Source: Acidimicrobiales bacterium
GTDB lineage: Bacteria > Actinomycetota > Acidimicrobiia > Acidimicrobiales > AC-14
Reading direction: 5' to 3'
Assembly (NCBI GenBank): GCA_035540095.1
Contig: DATLHA010000109.1
Coordinates: 2,263 to 66,262 of the forward strand
DNA length: 64,000 nt
Positions 1 through 9,875 of this stretch are shown piece by piece. Numbering within the stretch: the stretch's first letter is position 1; every line of letters starts with the position of its first letter. The position numbers and the translations under genes were made by a program. The notes under the pieces were generated by a model. That model saw nothing but the letters and a program-made list of their open reading frames with translations, did not search any database and was not told the DNA's origin.

Positions 1-1285
1 CGTAGAAGAAGTCCATCGACACCGACCGCACCCGGAAGGCCTGGCCGGGCACCTTGGCCCCGAAGCGCAGGGTGATGCCCTCGTCGGGCTGGATGCGCAG
101 GACCAGGGCGTCGGGGTCGAGGCCCTCGGCCTGGCTCATGGCGAAGGGGAGATGGGGCACCCGGTTGAACTCCATGGCCACCTCGGTCACCCGCTTGGGC
201 AGGTACTTGCCGGTGCGGACGTAGAACGGCACGCCCGCCCACCGCCAGTTGTCGACCTTGAGGCGCATGGCCACGTAGGTCTCGGTCTGGCTGTGGGGGT
301 CGACGCCCTCCTCGTCCCGGTAGCTGTGGACTTCGGTGCCCTGCACCCAGCCGGCACGGTACTGGGCCCGCACCACGTTCTGGGCCACCTCCTCCGGGCT
401 CAGGATGTCGACCGCCCGCAGGGCCTTGACCTTCTCGTCGCGGATGCCGTTCGGGTCGAAGGTCGACGGCGGCTCCATCAGGGTGAGGGCCAGCACCTGC
501 AGGACGTGGTTCTGGACGATGTCGCGCAGGGCGCCCGCGCTCTCGTAGAACCCGCCCCGGTGGCCCACGCCCAGTTGCTCGGCCACGGTGATCTGCACGT
601 GGTTGACGTAGCGCCGGTTCCAGATGGGCTCGAAGATGGCGTTGGCGAAGCGCAGGGCCAGGACGTTCTGGACCGTCTCCTTCCCCAGGTAGTGGTCGAT
701 CCGGTAGACCTGCGGCTCCTCGAAGGCCTCGTGAACGATGGCGTCGAGCTTCTCCGCCGACCGGGCGTCACGCCCGAAGGGCTTCTCGATGACGATGCGC
801 ACGAAGGCGTCGTCGTTGGCCGGCTTGTTGAGCCCGCACCGGGCCAGTCCTTGGACCACGACCGGGAAGGTGTCGGGCGGGGTGGCGAGGTAGATCAGGC
901 GGTTCTGGGCCGTGCCCCGCTGTTCGTCGAGCTCGTCGAGGACGTCCTTGAGCTTCTTGAACGTCTCCGGGTCGGCGTAGTCGCCGGCCACGTACCGGAA
1001 ACCGCCGCCGGCGAAGGAGTCCCAGACGTGCTTGGCCTCCTCCCCGCCGCCGCCGGCCTTCTGGACCGCGGCCTGCATGTGCTCGCAGAAGCTGGTGTCG
1101 TCCATCTCGGTGCGGGCGACGCCCACCACGGAGAACCCCGGCGGCAGGAGGCGGCGCAAGGCCAGGTTCTCGACCGCCGGCATCAGCTTCCGGCTGGTCA
1201 GGTCGCCGGATGCGCCGAAGACCACCAGAACCGCCGGCGGGGCGACCCGCTCGACGGTGGCCTCCGCCAACGGGTTGTCGCTCAT
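1..1285 (-). CDS. zwf: glucose-6-phosphate 1-dehydrogenase, N-terminal ~428 codons (3' end beyond window start)
   Basis: Own translation of minus strand from ATG (complement of 1283-1285): MSDNPLAEATVERVAPPAVLVVFGASGDLTSRKL... with GASGDL dinucleotide motif and RIDHYLGKE active-site motif. Not in ORF track (no stop inside window). Listed + ORF 152..1453 is its antisense shadow. Confidence 0.9.
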   Translation of the reverse strand, partial: MSDNPLAEATVERVAPPAVLVVFGASGDLTSRKLMPAVENLALRRLLPPGFSVVGVARTEMDDTSFCEHMQAAVQKAGGGGEEAKHVWDSFAGGGFRYVAGDYADPETFKKLKDVLDELDEQRGTAQNRLIYLATPPDTFPVVVQGLARCGLNKPANDDAFVRIVIEKPFGRDARSAEKLDAIVHEAFEEPQVYRIDHYLGKETVQNVLALRFANAIFEPIWNRRYVNHVQITVAEQLGVGHRGGFYESAGALRDIVQNHVLQVLALTLMEPPSTFDPNGIRDEKVKALRAVDILSPEEVAQNVVRAQYRAGWVQGTEVHSYRDEEGVDPHSQTETYVAMRLKVDNWRWAGVPFYVRTGKYLPKRVTEVAMEFNRVPHLPFAMSQAEGLDPDALVLRIQPDEGITLRFGAKVPGQAFRVRSVSMDFFY

Positions 1286-1346
1286 CGCCCCGATCCCGTC
1301 ATCGACCGAATGCTAGGGGGCGTGGCGCGGTGGCCGCGCCGCCGCC

Positions 1347-2447
1347 TCAACCGGAGGCCGTCAGCTCGGCGGCCTTCTCGCCCAACGCGCCCATCAACTC
1401 GTCGAAGGACTTGGAGAACGACGCCACCCCCTCCTCCTCCAGGGTGCGGCTGACGTCGGCCATGTCCACACCGGCCGTGGCCAGGTCGTCCATGACCTGA
1501 TGGGCCTCGTCGATGCCCTTGTCGATGGTGCAGGCCACGGTGCCCCGGCGCTCGAAGGCGTCGATGGTGGCGTCGGGCATGGTGTTGATGGTGTCGGGGC
1601 CGATCAGGTTGTCGACGTAGAGCGTGTCCGGGTACTCCGGGTTCTTGGTCGACGTCGACGCCCACAGCGGGCGCTGGACCCGGGCCCCTCGGTCGGCCAG
1701 CGCATCCCATCGCTGGCCCCGGAAGCGCCTGGTGAACAGCTCGTAGGCCAGCTTGGCCTGGGCGATGGCCGCCTTGCCCTGGAGGGAGAGCGCCTCCTCG
1801 GTCCCGATCTTCTGCAGCCGGCGGTCCACCTCGGTGTCGACCCGGGAGACGAAGAACGACGCCACGCTGTGGACCCGGCCCAGGTCGCCGTCGCAGTCCT
1901 CTAAGCCGGCGAGGTAGGCCTCGATCACCTCGTCGTAGCGGTCGATGGAGAAGATCAGGGTCACGTTGATGCTGCGACCCTCGGCGATCATCTGGCGGAT
2001 GGACGGGATGCCGGCGGCGGTGGCCGGGATCTTGACCAGCAGGTTGGGCTGGACGATGCGGTCGTCGAGGTGGCGGGCGGAAGCGCAGGTGCCCTCGGTG
2101 TCGTGGGCCAGCCCGGGCGCGACCTCGATGGACACGAAGCCGTCGCCGCCGGCGCTCTCGTCGTAGAGGGGCCGCAGTAGGTCGAGGGCGTGCTCCACGT
2201 CGTCGATCACCAGGTCCCAGTAGGCGTCGTCGACCGACTTCTTCTGCTCGATGAGGGAGCGGAACTGGTCGTCGTACGCCGCCTGGCCGGCGATGGCTTT
2301 CTGAAAGATCGTGGGATTGGACGTGATGCCCCTGATCCCCTCGTCGATCATGCGGCTGAGGTCGCCGCTGGTGATGTAGCCCCGCTTGAGGTTGTCCAGC
2401 CACGGGCTCTGCCCCTGCTCGGAGAAAAGTCTCTGCAGTCGCGTCAT
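1347..2447 (-). CDS. tal: transaldolase
   Basis: ORF 1347..3590(-) trimmed to internal ATG at 2447: MTRLQRLFSEQGQSPWLDNLKRGYITSGDL...GITSNPTIFQKA; 366 aa, actinobacterial-type Tal. TAGCGT-N7-ATG upstream. Confidence 0.9.
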   Translation of the reverse strand: MTRLQRLFSEQGQSPWLDNLKRGYITSGDLSRMIDEGIRGITSNPTIFQKAIAGQAAYDDQFRSLIEQKKSVDDAYWDLVIDDVEHALDLLRPLYDESAGGDGFVSIEVAPGLAHDTEGTCASARHLDDRIVQPNLLVKIPATAAGIPSIRQMIAEGRSINVTLIFSIDRYDEVIEAYLAGLEDCDGDLGRVHSVASFFVSRVDTEVDRRLQKIGTEEALSLQGKAAIAQAKLAYELFTRRFRGQRWDALADRGARVQRPLWASTSTKNPEYPDTLYVDNLIGPDTINTMPDATIDAFERRGTVACTIDKGIDEAHQVMDDLATAGVDMADVSRTLEEEGVASFSKSFDELMGALGEKAAELTASG

Positions 2448-2454
2448 GCCAACG

Positions 2455-2460
2455 ACGCTA
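2455..2460 (-). promoter_or_regulatory. -10-like TAGCGT, N7 before the tal ATG
   Basis: Minus strand TAGCGT cgttggc ATG. Confidence 0.4.
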
Positions 2461-2522
2461 TTCGTGTTCCGGGCCCTACTCGGCACGCACACAACTAGCG
2501 ACGCCCCACGGCCGAAGATGGT

Positions 2523-3599
2523 GTGATGCCGGCTCTTTCCCGCACCGCGCCAGCCCTCGCCGGCGCCTTGACCCTCGGCGCCGGCCTGGCCCACGCCGTG
2601 GCCGCTGTCGACCACGCCGGCCACGGGACCGCTGTCGTCCTGTTCGTCCTGGCTGCGGCCGCCCAGGTCGTGCTCGGGGCCGCCCTCCTCCTCTGGGGCT
2701 CGCGCCCGGCCCTGCTCGGCGGGGCGGCCGTCGACATCGCTGCCGCGGTGGCATGGACGGTCTCTCGCACCACCGGCCTCCCGGTACTCGGGCGCGAGGC
2801 CGTCGGCGTCGCCGATGCCGCGACCACCGTGACCGAGCTCGCCGCGGTGGTGGCTGCCATGGTCGCCCTGCGTGCGCCCTCGGTGAGCCGTCGCCGGCTG
2901 TCGCCGGCCCTCGTCCTCGCCATGGTTCCCCTGCTGGTGGGACTGGCCGCCCCGTCGACCCACGATCACGGCGTGGCCGGCGAGGTGGCCGCCGGCCATG
3001 CCCACGCCGGCGACGGCCACGCCCACGTCCCGGCGTCGAAGCTGGCGGCCGATCCCGTCTTCTCGGGGGCCGATACCTCGCACGCATCGGTGGAGGAGCT
3101 GCAGGCGGCCAAGCGCCTGATAGAGGCGACCCGGGCCGCGGTGGCGGCCAAGTTCCCCGACCAGGCCGCCCTGGTCGCGGCCGGCTACCGGTCCATCGGC
3201 GACGGGCTGGTCACCCCGTTCGACCACTTCATCAAGCCGGAATACCTCCAGGACGGCCGTGAGCTGGACCCCGAGCGGGTGGAGTCGGTGGTCATGGAGC
3301 GCACGCCGGCCGGGTGGCGGGTGGCGTCGGCCATGTACATCCTCGAGGCGGGCAAGACCATGGCCGACGTGCCCGACGTCGCCGGCGGGCTCACCGTCTG
3401 GCACGACCACCAGAACCTCTGCTGGGACCGGTCGGGGCTCCGCCTGGCCGGGCTCCTCGTGAACGGGCGTTGCTTCCCGGGCGGGACCCTGCGCGCGACC
3501 CCGCCGATGCTCCATGTCTGGCTGGCCGACCACCCGTGCGGGCCGTTCGCCGGGATCGAAGGCCACGGGGGCGGCTGCGCCCACGGCCACCCGAACTAG
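2523..3599 (+). CDS. membrane protein with His-rich segment, unknown function
   Basis: ORF track 2523..3599 (ATG alternative at 2526). Several N-terminal hydrophobic segments, then STHDHGVAGEVAAGHAHAGDGHAHV and C-terminal HGGGCAHGHPN. No family recognised. Confidence 0.6.
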   Translation: MMPALSRTAPALAGALTLGAGLAHAVAAVDHAGHGTAVVLFVLAAAAQVVLGAALLLWGSRPALLGGAAVDIAAAVAWTVSRTTGLPVLGREAVGVADAATTVTELAAVVAAMVALRAPSVSRRRLSPALVLAMVPLLVGLAAPSTHDHGVAGEVAAGHAHAGDGHAHVPASKLAADPVFSGADTSHASVEELQAAKRLIEATRAAVAAKFPDQAALVAAGYRSIGDGLVTPFDHFIKPEYLQDGRELDPERVESVVMERTPAGWRVASAMYILEAGKTMADVPDVAGGLTVWHDHQNLCWDRSGLRLAGLLVNGRCFPGGTLRATPPMLHVWLADHPCGPFAGIEGHGGGCAHGHPN

Positions 3600-4759
3600 G
3601 TACTGGCGCGCACCGAGAGCAGCACCACCGACGCGGTGAAGCCGTGCATGAAGTTGTGGCCGCCGATGGGGCCCAGCTCGCCGGCGCAGAACATGCCGGC
3701 CACCGGGGCGCCGCCGAGGCCTTCGGACACCACTTGGGCGTCGTGGTCGGGCCCCGGGAACAGGTGGGTGCCCCGGCCGTTGCAGGTGAACACCAGGGCC
3801 GAGTCCGCCGACCGGCCCTCGACCATCCGCCGCAGCTCCTGGTCGGCGGTGGTGGCGTCTCGTACCTGGAACTGGGTGGTCGCGCCCACGTCGACGATGT
3901 CGCCCACGCGCAGGGCGCCGCTGTTGGGATCGGCGCCCACGACGCCACGGACCAGGAAGTCGCCGGGACCGAAGTCGAGCTTGCTCTCGTCGATCACCCG
4001 GCCGATCTGCACCAGCTCGGCCAGCAGGCCCCGGTCCTCGTCGGTGAGGCCGGCGGCCACCTCCTGGAGGCGCTCGACCGCGGAGCGGCCGGCCAGCTCG
4101 TAGACGATGTTGTGCTCGGCCCGGGTCACGACGAACGGGCTACCCACCGGGCGGCATCCCTGGGACACCACGGTCGTGACCTCGACCTTGGGGCCGAGGA
4201 AAGCGCCCACCGCGCCGGCGGTGACGACGCGGTCGTCGATGATGAGGCGATTGCCCCCCGGAGCGCGGGCCGCCGACGCCATCCCGCCGACCACCGGCAG
4301 TCCCGGACGATCGTCCTCCATGCGGCGCAGGAGGTCGTCGGTCGGGAAGGTGAAGGGGTCCGGGAGGAGCAGGAGCGCACTGGCGTCGTCGGGGATCGAC
4401 GCCGGCCAGCCGGTGAAGGTCAGCCCGTCGGGGGACTGGCTGACGGTGAGGTGGAAGGGAGTGACCGGGCCGGTGCGCCCGGCCCACAGCGAGATCGCCG
4501 GCCCCCGCTCCACCTCCTTCTCGCCGCCGACGACCGAGACGGCGGCACAGCCCAGCATCGACGCCGGCCGCAGCGTGGCGTTCACGGTGGCCACGATCTT
4601 GGGGAGCTCTGGAACGTGCACCGGCGTGACGAAGAGCATGGCCAGGTCCGGCGGGGTGCCGGGGCCGCCGAGGGCCTCCAGGACCCGGCCGACGACGTCG
4701 CCGGTGGCGCTGGCGAAGTCCGGGTGCTGGGACATGGCGGCGGCGAAGGGGCGGCCCAT
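3596..4759 (-). CDS. FIST-domain sensory protein
   Basis: ORF 3596..5188(-) trimmed to ATG 4759 (upstream stop ends 2 nt before). C-terminal ALVFTCNGRGTHLF...GMFCAGELGPIGGHNFMHGFTASVVLL matches the FIST_C pattern; 387 aa. Confidence 0.75.
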   Translation of the reverse strand: MGRPFAAAMSQHPDFASATGDVVGRVLEALGGPGTPPDLAMLFVTPVHVPELPKIVATVNATLRPASMLGCAAVSVVGGEKEVERGPAISLWAGRTGPVTPFHLTVSQSPDGLTFTGWPASIPDDASALLLLPDPFTFPTDDLLRRMEDDRPGLPVVGGMASAARAPGGNRLIIDDRVVTAGAVGAFLGPKVEVTTVVSQGCRPVGSPFVVTRAEHNIVYELAGRSAVERLQEVAAGLTDEDRGLLAELVQIGRVIDESKLDFGPGDFLVRGVVGADPNSGALRVGDIVDVGATTQFQVRDATTADQELRRMVEGRSADSALVFTCNGRGTHLFPGPDHDAQVVSEGLGGAPVAGMFCAGELGPIGGHNFMHGFTASVVLLSVRAST

Positions 4760-4761
4760 GG

Positions 4762-5151
4762 CTAGGACGGGGCCAGCAGGGTGAGGGGGACGATGACCGG
4801 GGCCGGCGCGCCGGTGAGCGTCACGTGGGCCTCGATGGTCCCGTACTGCTCCCAGGTCAGCTCGGCTTTGACCAGGAGCCGGCCGAACTTCCCCGGCTGC
4901 ACGCTGACCGGCTGGGCGTTGCGGGCGACCTGGTTGCCGGCGGCGTCGAGGAACTCCGCCTCCAGGGTGCCCGTGCCCGGGTCCTCCGGCGGGCAGCGGA
5001 CGAAAACGACCAGATGGGGGTCGAGGTGCACGGGCAGCTCCCCCTGGGCCTGGAGGGAGAACATCACCCCCGTGAGGTCGAACCGGGTCGAGGGACCGGC
5101 GACCTGGCGCTGGTTGATCCCCTCCACGAAAAGGGCGGCCACGATGTCCAT
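4762..5151 (-). CDS. hypothetical soluble protein, first cistron ahead of the FIST gene
   Basis: ORF track 129 aa with protein-like composition. Stop 2 nt before the FIST start. TAGCGT-N6-ATG upstream. Confidence 0.55.
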   Translation of the reverse strand: MDIVAALFVEGINQRQVAGPSTRFDLTGVMFSLQAQGELPVHLDPHLVVFVRCPPEDPGTGTLEAEFLDAAGNQVARNAQPVSVQPGKFGRLLVKAELTWEQYGTIEAHVTLTGAPAPVIVPLTLLAPS

Positions 5152-5157
5152 GGAAGG

Positions 5158-5163
5158 ACGCTA
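5158..5163 (-). promoter_or_regulatory. -10-like TAGCGT, N6 before ATG of 4762..5151
   Basis: Minus strand TAGCGT ccttcc ATG. Confidence 0.4.
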
Positions 5164-5195
5164 CGCCGGATTGAGGAGGCGACAGCAAGACAACA

Positions 5196-5201
5196 TAGGA
5201 T
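5196..5201 (+). promoter_or_regulatory. -10-like TAGGAT, N7 before the tkt ATG
   Basis: TAGGAT tggcagc ATG. Confidence 0.4.
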
Positions 5202-5208
5202 TGGCAGC

Positions 5209-7056
5209 ATGACCGACGAGAAGCAGGGGTGGCAGGAGCTCGGGCAGCAGCTGCGAGTGGATGCGGTGAAGATCAGCGGTGAGGCCAATTCGGGCCACCC
5301 GACCTCTTCCATGTCCGCGGCCGACCTCATGGCGGTGCTGATCAGCAAGTACCTGCACTACGACTTCGACAACCCGGAGAACCCGGCCAACGACCACCTG
5401 ATCTTCTCCAAGGGCCACGCGTCGCCCCTGCTCTACGCCATCTACAAGGCCTGTGGCGCGGTGACCGAGGACGAGATGGCCACCTACCGCCGGAAGGGCA
5501 GCCGGCTGGAGGGCCACCCCACCCCCGACATCCCCTGGGTCGACGTGGCCACCGGCTCCCTCGGCCAGGGCCTTCCCATCGCCGTCGGTGTCGCACTGGC
5601 GGGCAAGAAGCTCGACCAGCTCGACTTCCGGACCTGGGTGCTCTGCGGTGACTCGGAGATGGCCGAGGGCTCGATGTGGGAGGCCTTCGAGGAGGCCAGC
5701 TACGCCGGCCTCGACAACCTCACCGCCATCATCGACGTCAACCGCCTGGGCCAGAGCGGCGAGACCCGCCACGGGTGGAACCTCGACGCCTACCGCACCC
5801 GCGCCGAGGCCTTCGGCTGGCACGCCATCGAGGTCGACGGCCACGACGTGGAGGCCGTCGACGCCGCCTACGCCGAGGCGGTCGCCACCAAGGGCAAGCC
5901 CACCGTCGTCATCGCCAAGACCAAGAAGGGCGCCGGCGTGAAGTCGGTCGAGGACCAGCTCAACGCCCACGGCAAGGCCGTCCCCGACTACGAGGAGGCC
6001 ATCGAGGAGCTGGGTGGTGACCGCGGCCTCGTCATCCAGGTCCCGAAGCCGCCGTCCGACGCCTCGCCCCGCAGCTTCGACACCAGTGAGCTGGAGCTTC
6101 CCGCCTACGAGCTGGGCAAGGAGGTCGCCACCCGGAAGGCCTACGGCGAGGCCCTGGCCGCCCTCGGCAAGGCCCGCAGCGACGTGGTCGCCCTCGACGG
6201 CGAGGTCTCCAACTCCACCTACTCGGAGATCTTCCGCGAGGCCCACCCCGACCGGTACTTCGAGTGCTACATCGCCGAGCAGCAGATGATCGCCACTGCG
6301 GTCGGCTTCCAGGTCCAGCACTGGAACCCCTTCGCGTCCACCTTCGCCGCCTTCCTCACCCGGGCCTACGACTTCATCCGCATGGCCGCCGTCAGCCAGG
6401 CCCGCATGAACATCTGCGGCTCCCACGCCGGCGTCTCCATCGGCGAGGACGGGCCGTCGCAGATGGGGCTGGAGGACCTGGCCGCATTCCGGGCCATTCA
6501 CGACAGCACCGTGCTGTACCCCAGCGACGCGGTGTCCACCGCCCAGCTCGTCGTCCAGATGGCCGACCTCGACTCCGGGATCGCCTACCTGCGCACGACC
6601 CGGGGGGCCACGCCGGTCATCTACGGGCCGGAGGAGACCTTCCCGATCGGCGGGTCGAAGGTCGTGAAGTCCTCCGACGACGACAAGGTCACCATCGTCG
6701 CCGCCGGCATCACCCTGCACGAGGCCCTGAAGGCCGCCGACGTGCTGGCCGGCGAGGGCATCGCCGCCCGGGTGGTCGACCTGTACTCGGTCAAGCCCCT
6801 CGACACCGACACCCTGGTCACCGCAGCCCGGGCCACCGCCGGCAGGGTCATGACCGTCGAGGACCACTGGGCCGAGGGCGGCATCGGTGACGCGGTGGCC
6901 GCGGCCCTGGCCGAGGCCCAGCTCGACATCCCCCTGCGGCTGGTGAAGATCGCCGTCACGGCCATGCCCGGGTCGGCCAAGCCCGACGAGTGCATCGCCG
7001 GCGCCGGCCTCGACGCCGAGTCGATCGCCGGCGCGGCCCGCAAGCTCGCCGGTTAG
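5209..7056 (+). CDS. tkt: transketolase (short ~615 aa form)
   Basis: ORF 4825..7056 trimmed to ATG 5209: [44 protein letters not shown]..., [34 protein letters not shown]7-ATG upstream. Confidence 0.9.
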   Translation: MTDEKQGWQELGQQLRVDAVKISGEANSGHPTSSMSAADLMAVLISKYLHYDFDNPENPANDHLIFSKGHASPLLYAIYKACGAVTEDEMATYRRKGSRLEGHPTPDIPWVDVATGSLGQGLPIAVGVALAGKKLDQLDFRTWVLCGDSEMAEGSMWEAFEEASYAGLDNLTAIIDVNRLGQSGETRHGWNLDAYRTRAEAFGWHAIEVDGHDVEAVDAAYAEAVATKGKPTVVIAKTKKGAGVKSVEDQLNAHGKAVPDYEEAIEELGGDRGLVIQVPKPPSDASPRSFDTSELELPAYELGKEVATRKAYGEALAALGKARSDVVALDGEVSNSTYSEIFREAHPDRYFECYIAEQQMIATAVGFQVQHWNPFASTFAAFLTRAYDFIRMAAVSQARMNICGSHAGVSIGEDGPSQMGLEDLAAFRAIHDSTVLYPSDAVSTAQLVVQMADLDSGIAYLRTTRGATPVIYGPEETFPIGGSKVVKSSDDDKVTIVAAGITLHEALKAADVLAGEGIAARVVDLYSVKPLDTDTLVTAARATAGRVMTVEDHWAEGGIGDAVAAALAEAQLDIPLRLVKIAVTAMPGSAKPDECIAGAGLDAESIAGAARKLAG

Positions 7057-7070
7057 GAACTGCGAGGCTG

Positions 7071-7095
7071 CCCGCCCAGGGAACGCCCGGGCGGG
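7071..7095 (+). terminator. GC-rich hairpin after tkt
   Basis: CCCGCCC-A-GGG aacg CCC-GGGCGGG, 15 nt after the tkt stop. No U-tract. Confidence 0.4.
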
Positions 7096-7153
7096 TAGCC
7101 TCCACCTCCATGAGGGCATTCGCGCGCGTCCGGCTTCTGTCCTGACTGACCGG

Positions 7154-7777
7154 GTGCTGAGCGGGATCGCCCCCGGCGGGCCGTCTCTCTCGACGCGCGA
7201 GGCGATCCTGGCCGAGGCCCTGCGCTGTTTCGCCGAGCACGGGTACGAAGGCACGTCGCTCAACGACATCGCCGTCGGCGTGGGCATCCGCCGGCCCAGC
7301 CTGCTGCACCACTTCCCGTCCAAGGACGCCCTGTACCGCCAGGTCTTCGAGAAGGCGCTGACCGACTGGTACCTGGAGGTCGACGCCGCCACCGAGGTCC
7401 CCGAGGAGGGCTGGCCCCAGGTCGACAAGATCCTCACCGCCGGCTTCCGGTTCTTCATGGACCACCCCGAGTTCGTCCGCCTGGTCCGGCGGGAGGCGCT
7501 GGAGGGAGGCAGCCGCCTGGGCATGGAGCTGGGGGAGGGCCTGCGCCCCTACTTCAACACCGCGGTCGCCTTCTTCGAGCGGGAGATGGCCGCCGGCCGC
7601 CTGCGCCGGCACGACCCGGCCCAGCTGTTCTTCACCATCTACGGCGCCCTCGTCAGCTACTTCAGCGACATCCCCCTGCTGGAAGGCCTACTCGGCGGCG
7701 ACCCCCTGGCGGTCGACGTGGTGATGGCCCGGCTGGAGCACCTCCGCTCCCTGCTGCGGGCCGCCCTCGAGCCGTAG
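7154..7777 (+). CDS. TetR family transcriptional regulator
   Basis: N-terminal [46 protein letters not shown]; 207 aa. Confidence 0.85.
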   Translation: MLSGIAPGGPSLSTREAILAEALRCFAEHGYEGTSLNDIAVGVGIRRPSLLHHFPSKDALYRQVFEKALTDWYLEVDAATEVPEEGWPQVDKILTAGFRFFMDHPEFVRLVRREALEGGSRLGMELGEGLRPYFNTAVAFFEREMAAGRLRRHDPAQLFFTIYGALVSYFSDIPLLEGLLGGDPLAVDVVMARLEHLRSLLRAALEP

Positions 7778-7800
7778 TCGGCCGCAGGGCGGCCGTTGGC

Positions 7801-8223
7801 TCAGCGGTTCTCCCTCCGCCACACGAGGCGGAGGCCGGACCAGATCTCCGTCACCGCGCAGACCTTGTTGTCGACCAGGCCCTTGGGCAGGGCGACCTCC
7901 CGCAGCACGTCCTCGGTCAGGTCGGTCGGCACCTTGGACGCCCGCTTGGGCCACGCCACCCAGAACCCGCCGGCGGGGAAGACGGCCCTGGCGACGGCGT
8001 CGAACCGCCGTTCCAGGTCCCGGCGCTCGGTGACGAACAGCAGGGCGACGTCGAGGTCGGGGCCCAGCCCGCGCAGGACGGTGACGCCGTCGGGCAGCGG
8101 CGCCAGCTCGCCGTCAAAGCCGTCGGGCGCGCCGAGGAGCGCGAGGCGCGACCCCTCCTTGACCCCCAGCTTCTTCGCCAGCGGGGTCCGCGAGTAACCG
8201 CTCACCGTGCCAGCGTGCCCCAT
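7801..8223 (-). CDS. DUF3052-like protein
   Basis: ORF 7801..8391(-) trimmed to ATG 8223: MGHAGTVSGYSRTPLAKKLGVKEGSRLALLGAPDGF...; 140 aa, typical size and N-terminus for this family. Confidence 0.7.
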   Translation of the reverse strand: MGHAGTVSGYSRTPLAKKLGVKEGSRLALLGAPDGFDGELAPLPDGVTVLRGLGPDLDVALLFVTERRDLERRFDAVARAVFPAGGFWVAWPKRASKVPTDLTEDVLREVALPKGLVDNKVCAVTEIWSGLRLVWRRENR

Positions 8224-8395
8224 GGACGGCCTCTGCGGGTCGGCCAGGAGTGGTCCGATGGGCGGGCGCGGCCGACGGGATCGCCACCCGGTTCCCGGCT
8301 TCTTCCGCCACCCGGCCCGGTCGCGCTTCAGGGGGCGGGGGGCCATGTCGACAACCGAAGTGGGGGCGGGATGTCCCGCATGGGTACACATGAGA

Positions 8396-8401
8396 TAAAC
8401 T
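8396..8401 (+). promoter_or_regulatory. -10-like TAAACT, N8 before the HTH gene ATG
   Basis: TAAACT gaaacaac ATG in a locally AT-rich patch. Confidence 0.4.
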
Positions 8402-8409
8402 GAAACAAC

Positions 8410-8589
8410 ATGGAATCATCGGAATCCGAGTGGCTCACCGTGAGCGAGGTCTGCCGGCGACTCGACGTGCCCCGCCGCACGCTGTTCCGGCTCATCGACC
8501 GCGGCGAGTTGCCCGCATACAAGATCGGCCACTGGATCCGTCTACGAGTCGCCGACGTGGAGGCATACGAGCGGGACCACCCCCGTTAG
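8410..8589 (+). CDS. excisionase-family helix-turn-helix DNA-binding protein (59 aa)
   Basis: Not in ORF track (below 60 aa). Own translation: MESSESEWLTVSEVCRRLDVPRRTLFRLIDRGELPAYKIGHWIRLRVADVEAYERDHPR. TAAACT-N8-ATG upstream. No integrase nearby. Confidence 0.7.
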   Translation: MESSESEWLTVSEVCRRLDVPRRTLFRLIDRGELPAYKIGHWIRLRVADVEAYERDHPR

Positions 8590-9821
8590 GGAGACGCCCG
8601 CAGCAGGACGGCGGCGTTCTGGCCGCCGAAGCCAGCGGCGTTGACCATCACCGATCGCAACGTCGCCGGGCGGACGCTGCCCATGACGTGGGCGAGGGCG
8701 CACGCAGGGTCCACGGTTTCGGGCATTAGGCCGCGCGTCGGCGGCAGGGTCTGGTGGTGGAGCGCCAGCGCCGCCACCAGCACGCCGAAGGCGCCGGCGG
8801 CACCCAGGCCATGGCCCAGCGACGCCTTCGGGGCGGTGACGGCCAGCCGGGGCGCCGGCCCGAAAACGGCTTGGACGGCGCGGGCTTCGGCGATGTCACC
8901 CTGCACAGTGGCGGTGGCGTGCGCCACCAGGGCGTCCACGTCGTCGGGCGCGGCGCCGGCGTCGGCGAGGGCCCGGCGCATGGCCGACGCCGCCCCTCGG
9001 CCGTCCGGAGGCGGTGCGGTCACGTGGTGGGCGTCGCCCGCGCTGCCGCCCCCCGCCACCAGCGCCCACACCCGGGCGCCTCGCTGCCGGGCCCGGCCCA
9101 GCGGTTCCAGCACGAACACCGCCGCCCCCTCGGACGCCACCATCCCCCGCCGGCGCACGTCGTAGGGCCTGCACGCCGATGCCGGCCGAGCGCCGGCCGG
9201 CGCCAGGGCGCCGGCGTTGGCCAGCGAGCCCAGCAGCATCGGCGACAGGGTGCTGTCCGTCCCGCCGGCCAGGACCACCTCCGCCTCCCCCCGCTGCAAC
9301 ACCCGCATGCCCTCGATCACCGCCTGCACGCCGGCGGCGCACGCCCCGACACCCCCGTGCACGGGCCCCGTCGCCCCCAGGACGATCGACGGCTGGCAGG
9401 CGGCCATGTTCGGCCCGTAGACCGGCACGAAGAGGGGGCTGACCCGCGTCGGCCGAACCGCCGCCACCGCGGCCGTCGCCTCCGCCTCCAGCAGCCCGCC
9501 GGCGCCGGTGTGGACCACCACGCCGAGGCCGTCGCCGGTGTAGCCCTCGAGGCCGGCGTGGGCCAAGGCCATGGTGGCCGCCGCCACCGAGAACTGGGTG
9601 AAGCGGCCCATGCGCCTTGCCGTGTTCCGGTCCATGAAATCGCCGGCGTCGAACCACGCCGCCGGCCCGACGACGCCGCACCCCGCCCGCCGGATGGCCT
9701 CCGGGGCCCCCTCCAGGCCCGACTCGCCGGCGAGCAGCCGTTTCCAGGTGCGGGGCGCATCGCCGAGGGGAGTGACGCCGCCGATGCCCGTGAGCGCGAT
9801 CGTGGCGTCGGGGTCGATCAC
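8586..9821 (-). CDS. beta-ketoacyl-ACP synthase (FabF/KAS II-like, Cys-His-His)
   Basis: ORF track 411 aa: GVGACAAGVQAV (active Cys), AHATATVQGD (His), KASLGHGLGAAG (His). GTG start. Confidence 0.85.
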   Translation of the reverse strand: MIDPDATIALTGIGGVTPLGDAPRTWKRLLAGESGLEGAPEAIRRAGCGVVGPAAWFDAGDFMDRNTARRMGRFTQFSVAAATMALAHAGLEGYTGDGLGVVVHTGAGGLLEAEATAAVAAVRPTRVSPLFVPVYGPNMAACQPSIVLGATGPVHGGVGACAAGVQAVIEGMRVLQRGEAEVVLAGGTDSTLSPMLLGSLANAGALAPAGARPASACRPYDVRRRGMVASEGAAVFVLEPLGRARQRGARVWALVAGGGSAGDAHHVTAPPPDGRGAASAMRRALADAGAAPDDVDALVAHATATVQGDIAEARAVQAVFGPAPRLAVTAPKASLGHGLGAAGAFGVLVAALALHHQTLPPTRGLMPETVDPACALAHVMGSVRPATLRSVMVNAAGFGGQNAAVLLRASP

Positions 9822-9861
9822 GGCGGCGCCGAGGATATCAGTGGCCTTTGATGCCGGCGTC

Positions 9862-9867
9862 TACAGT
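9862..9867 (+). promoter_or_regulatory. -10-like TACAGT, N8 before the arsR ATG
   Basis: TACAGT tgggcgcc ATG. Confidence 0.4.
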
Positions 9868-9875
9868 TGGGCGCC

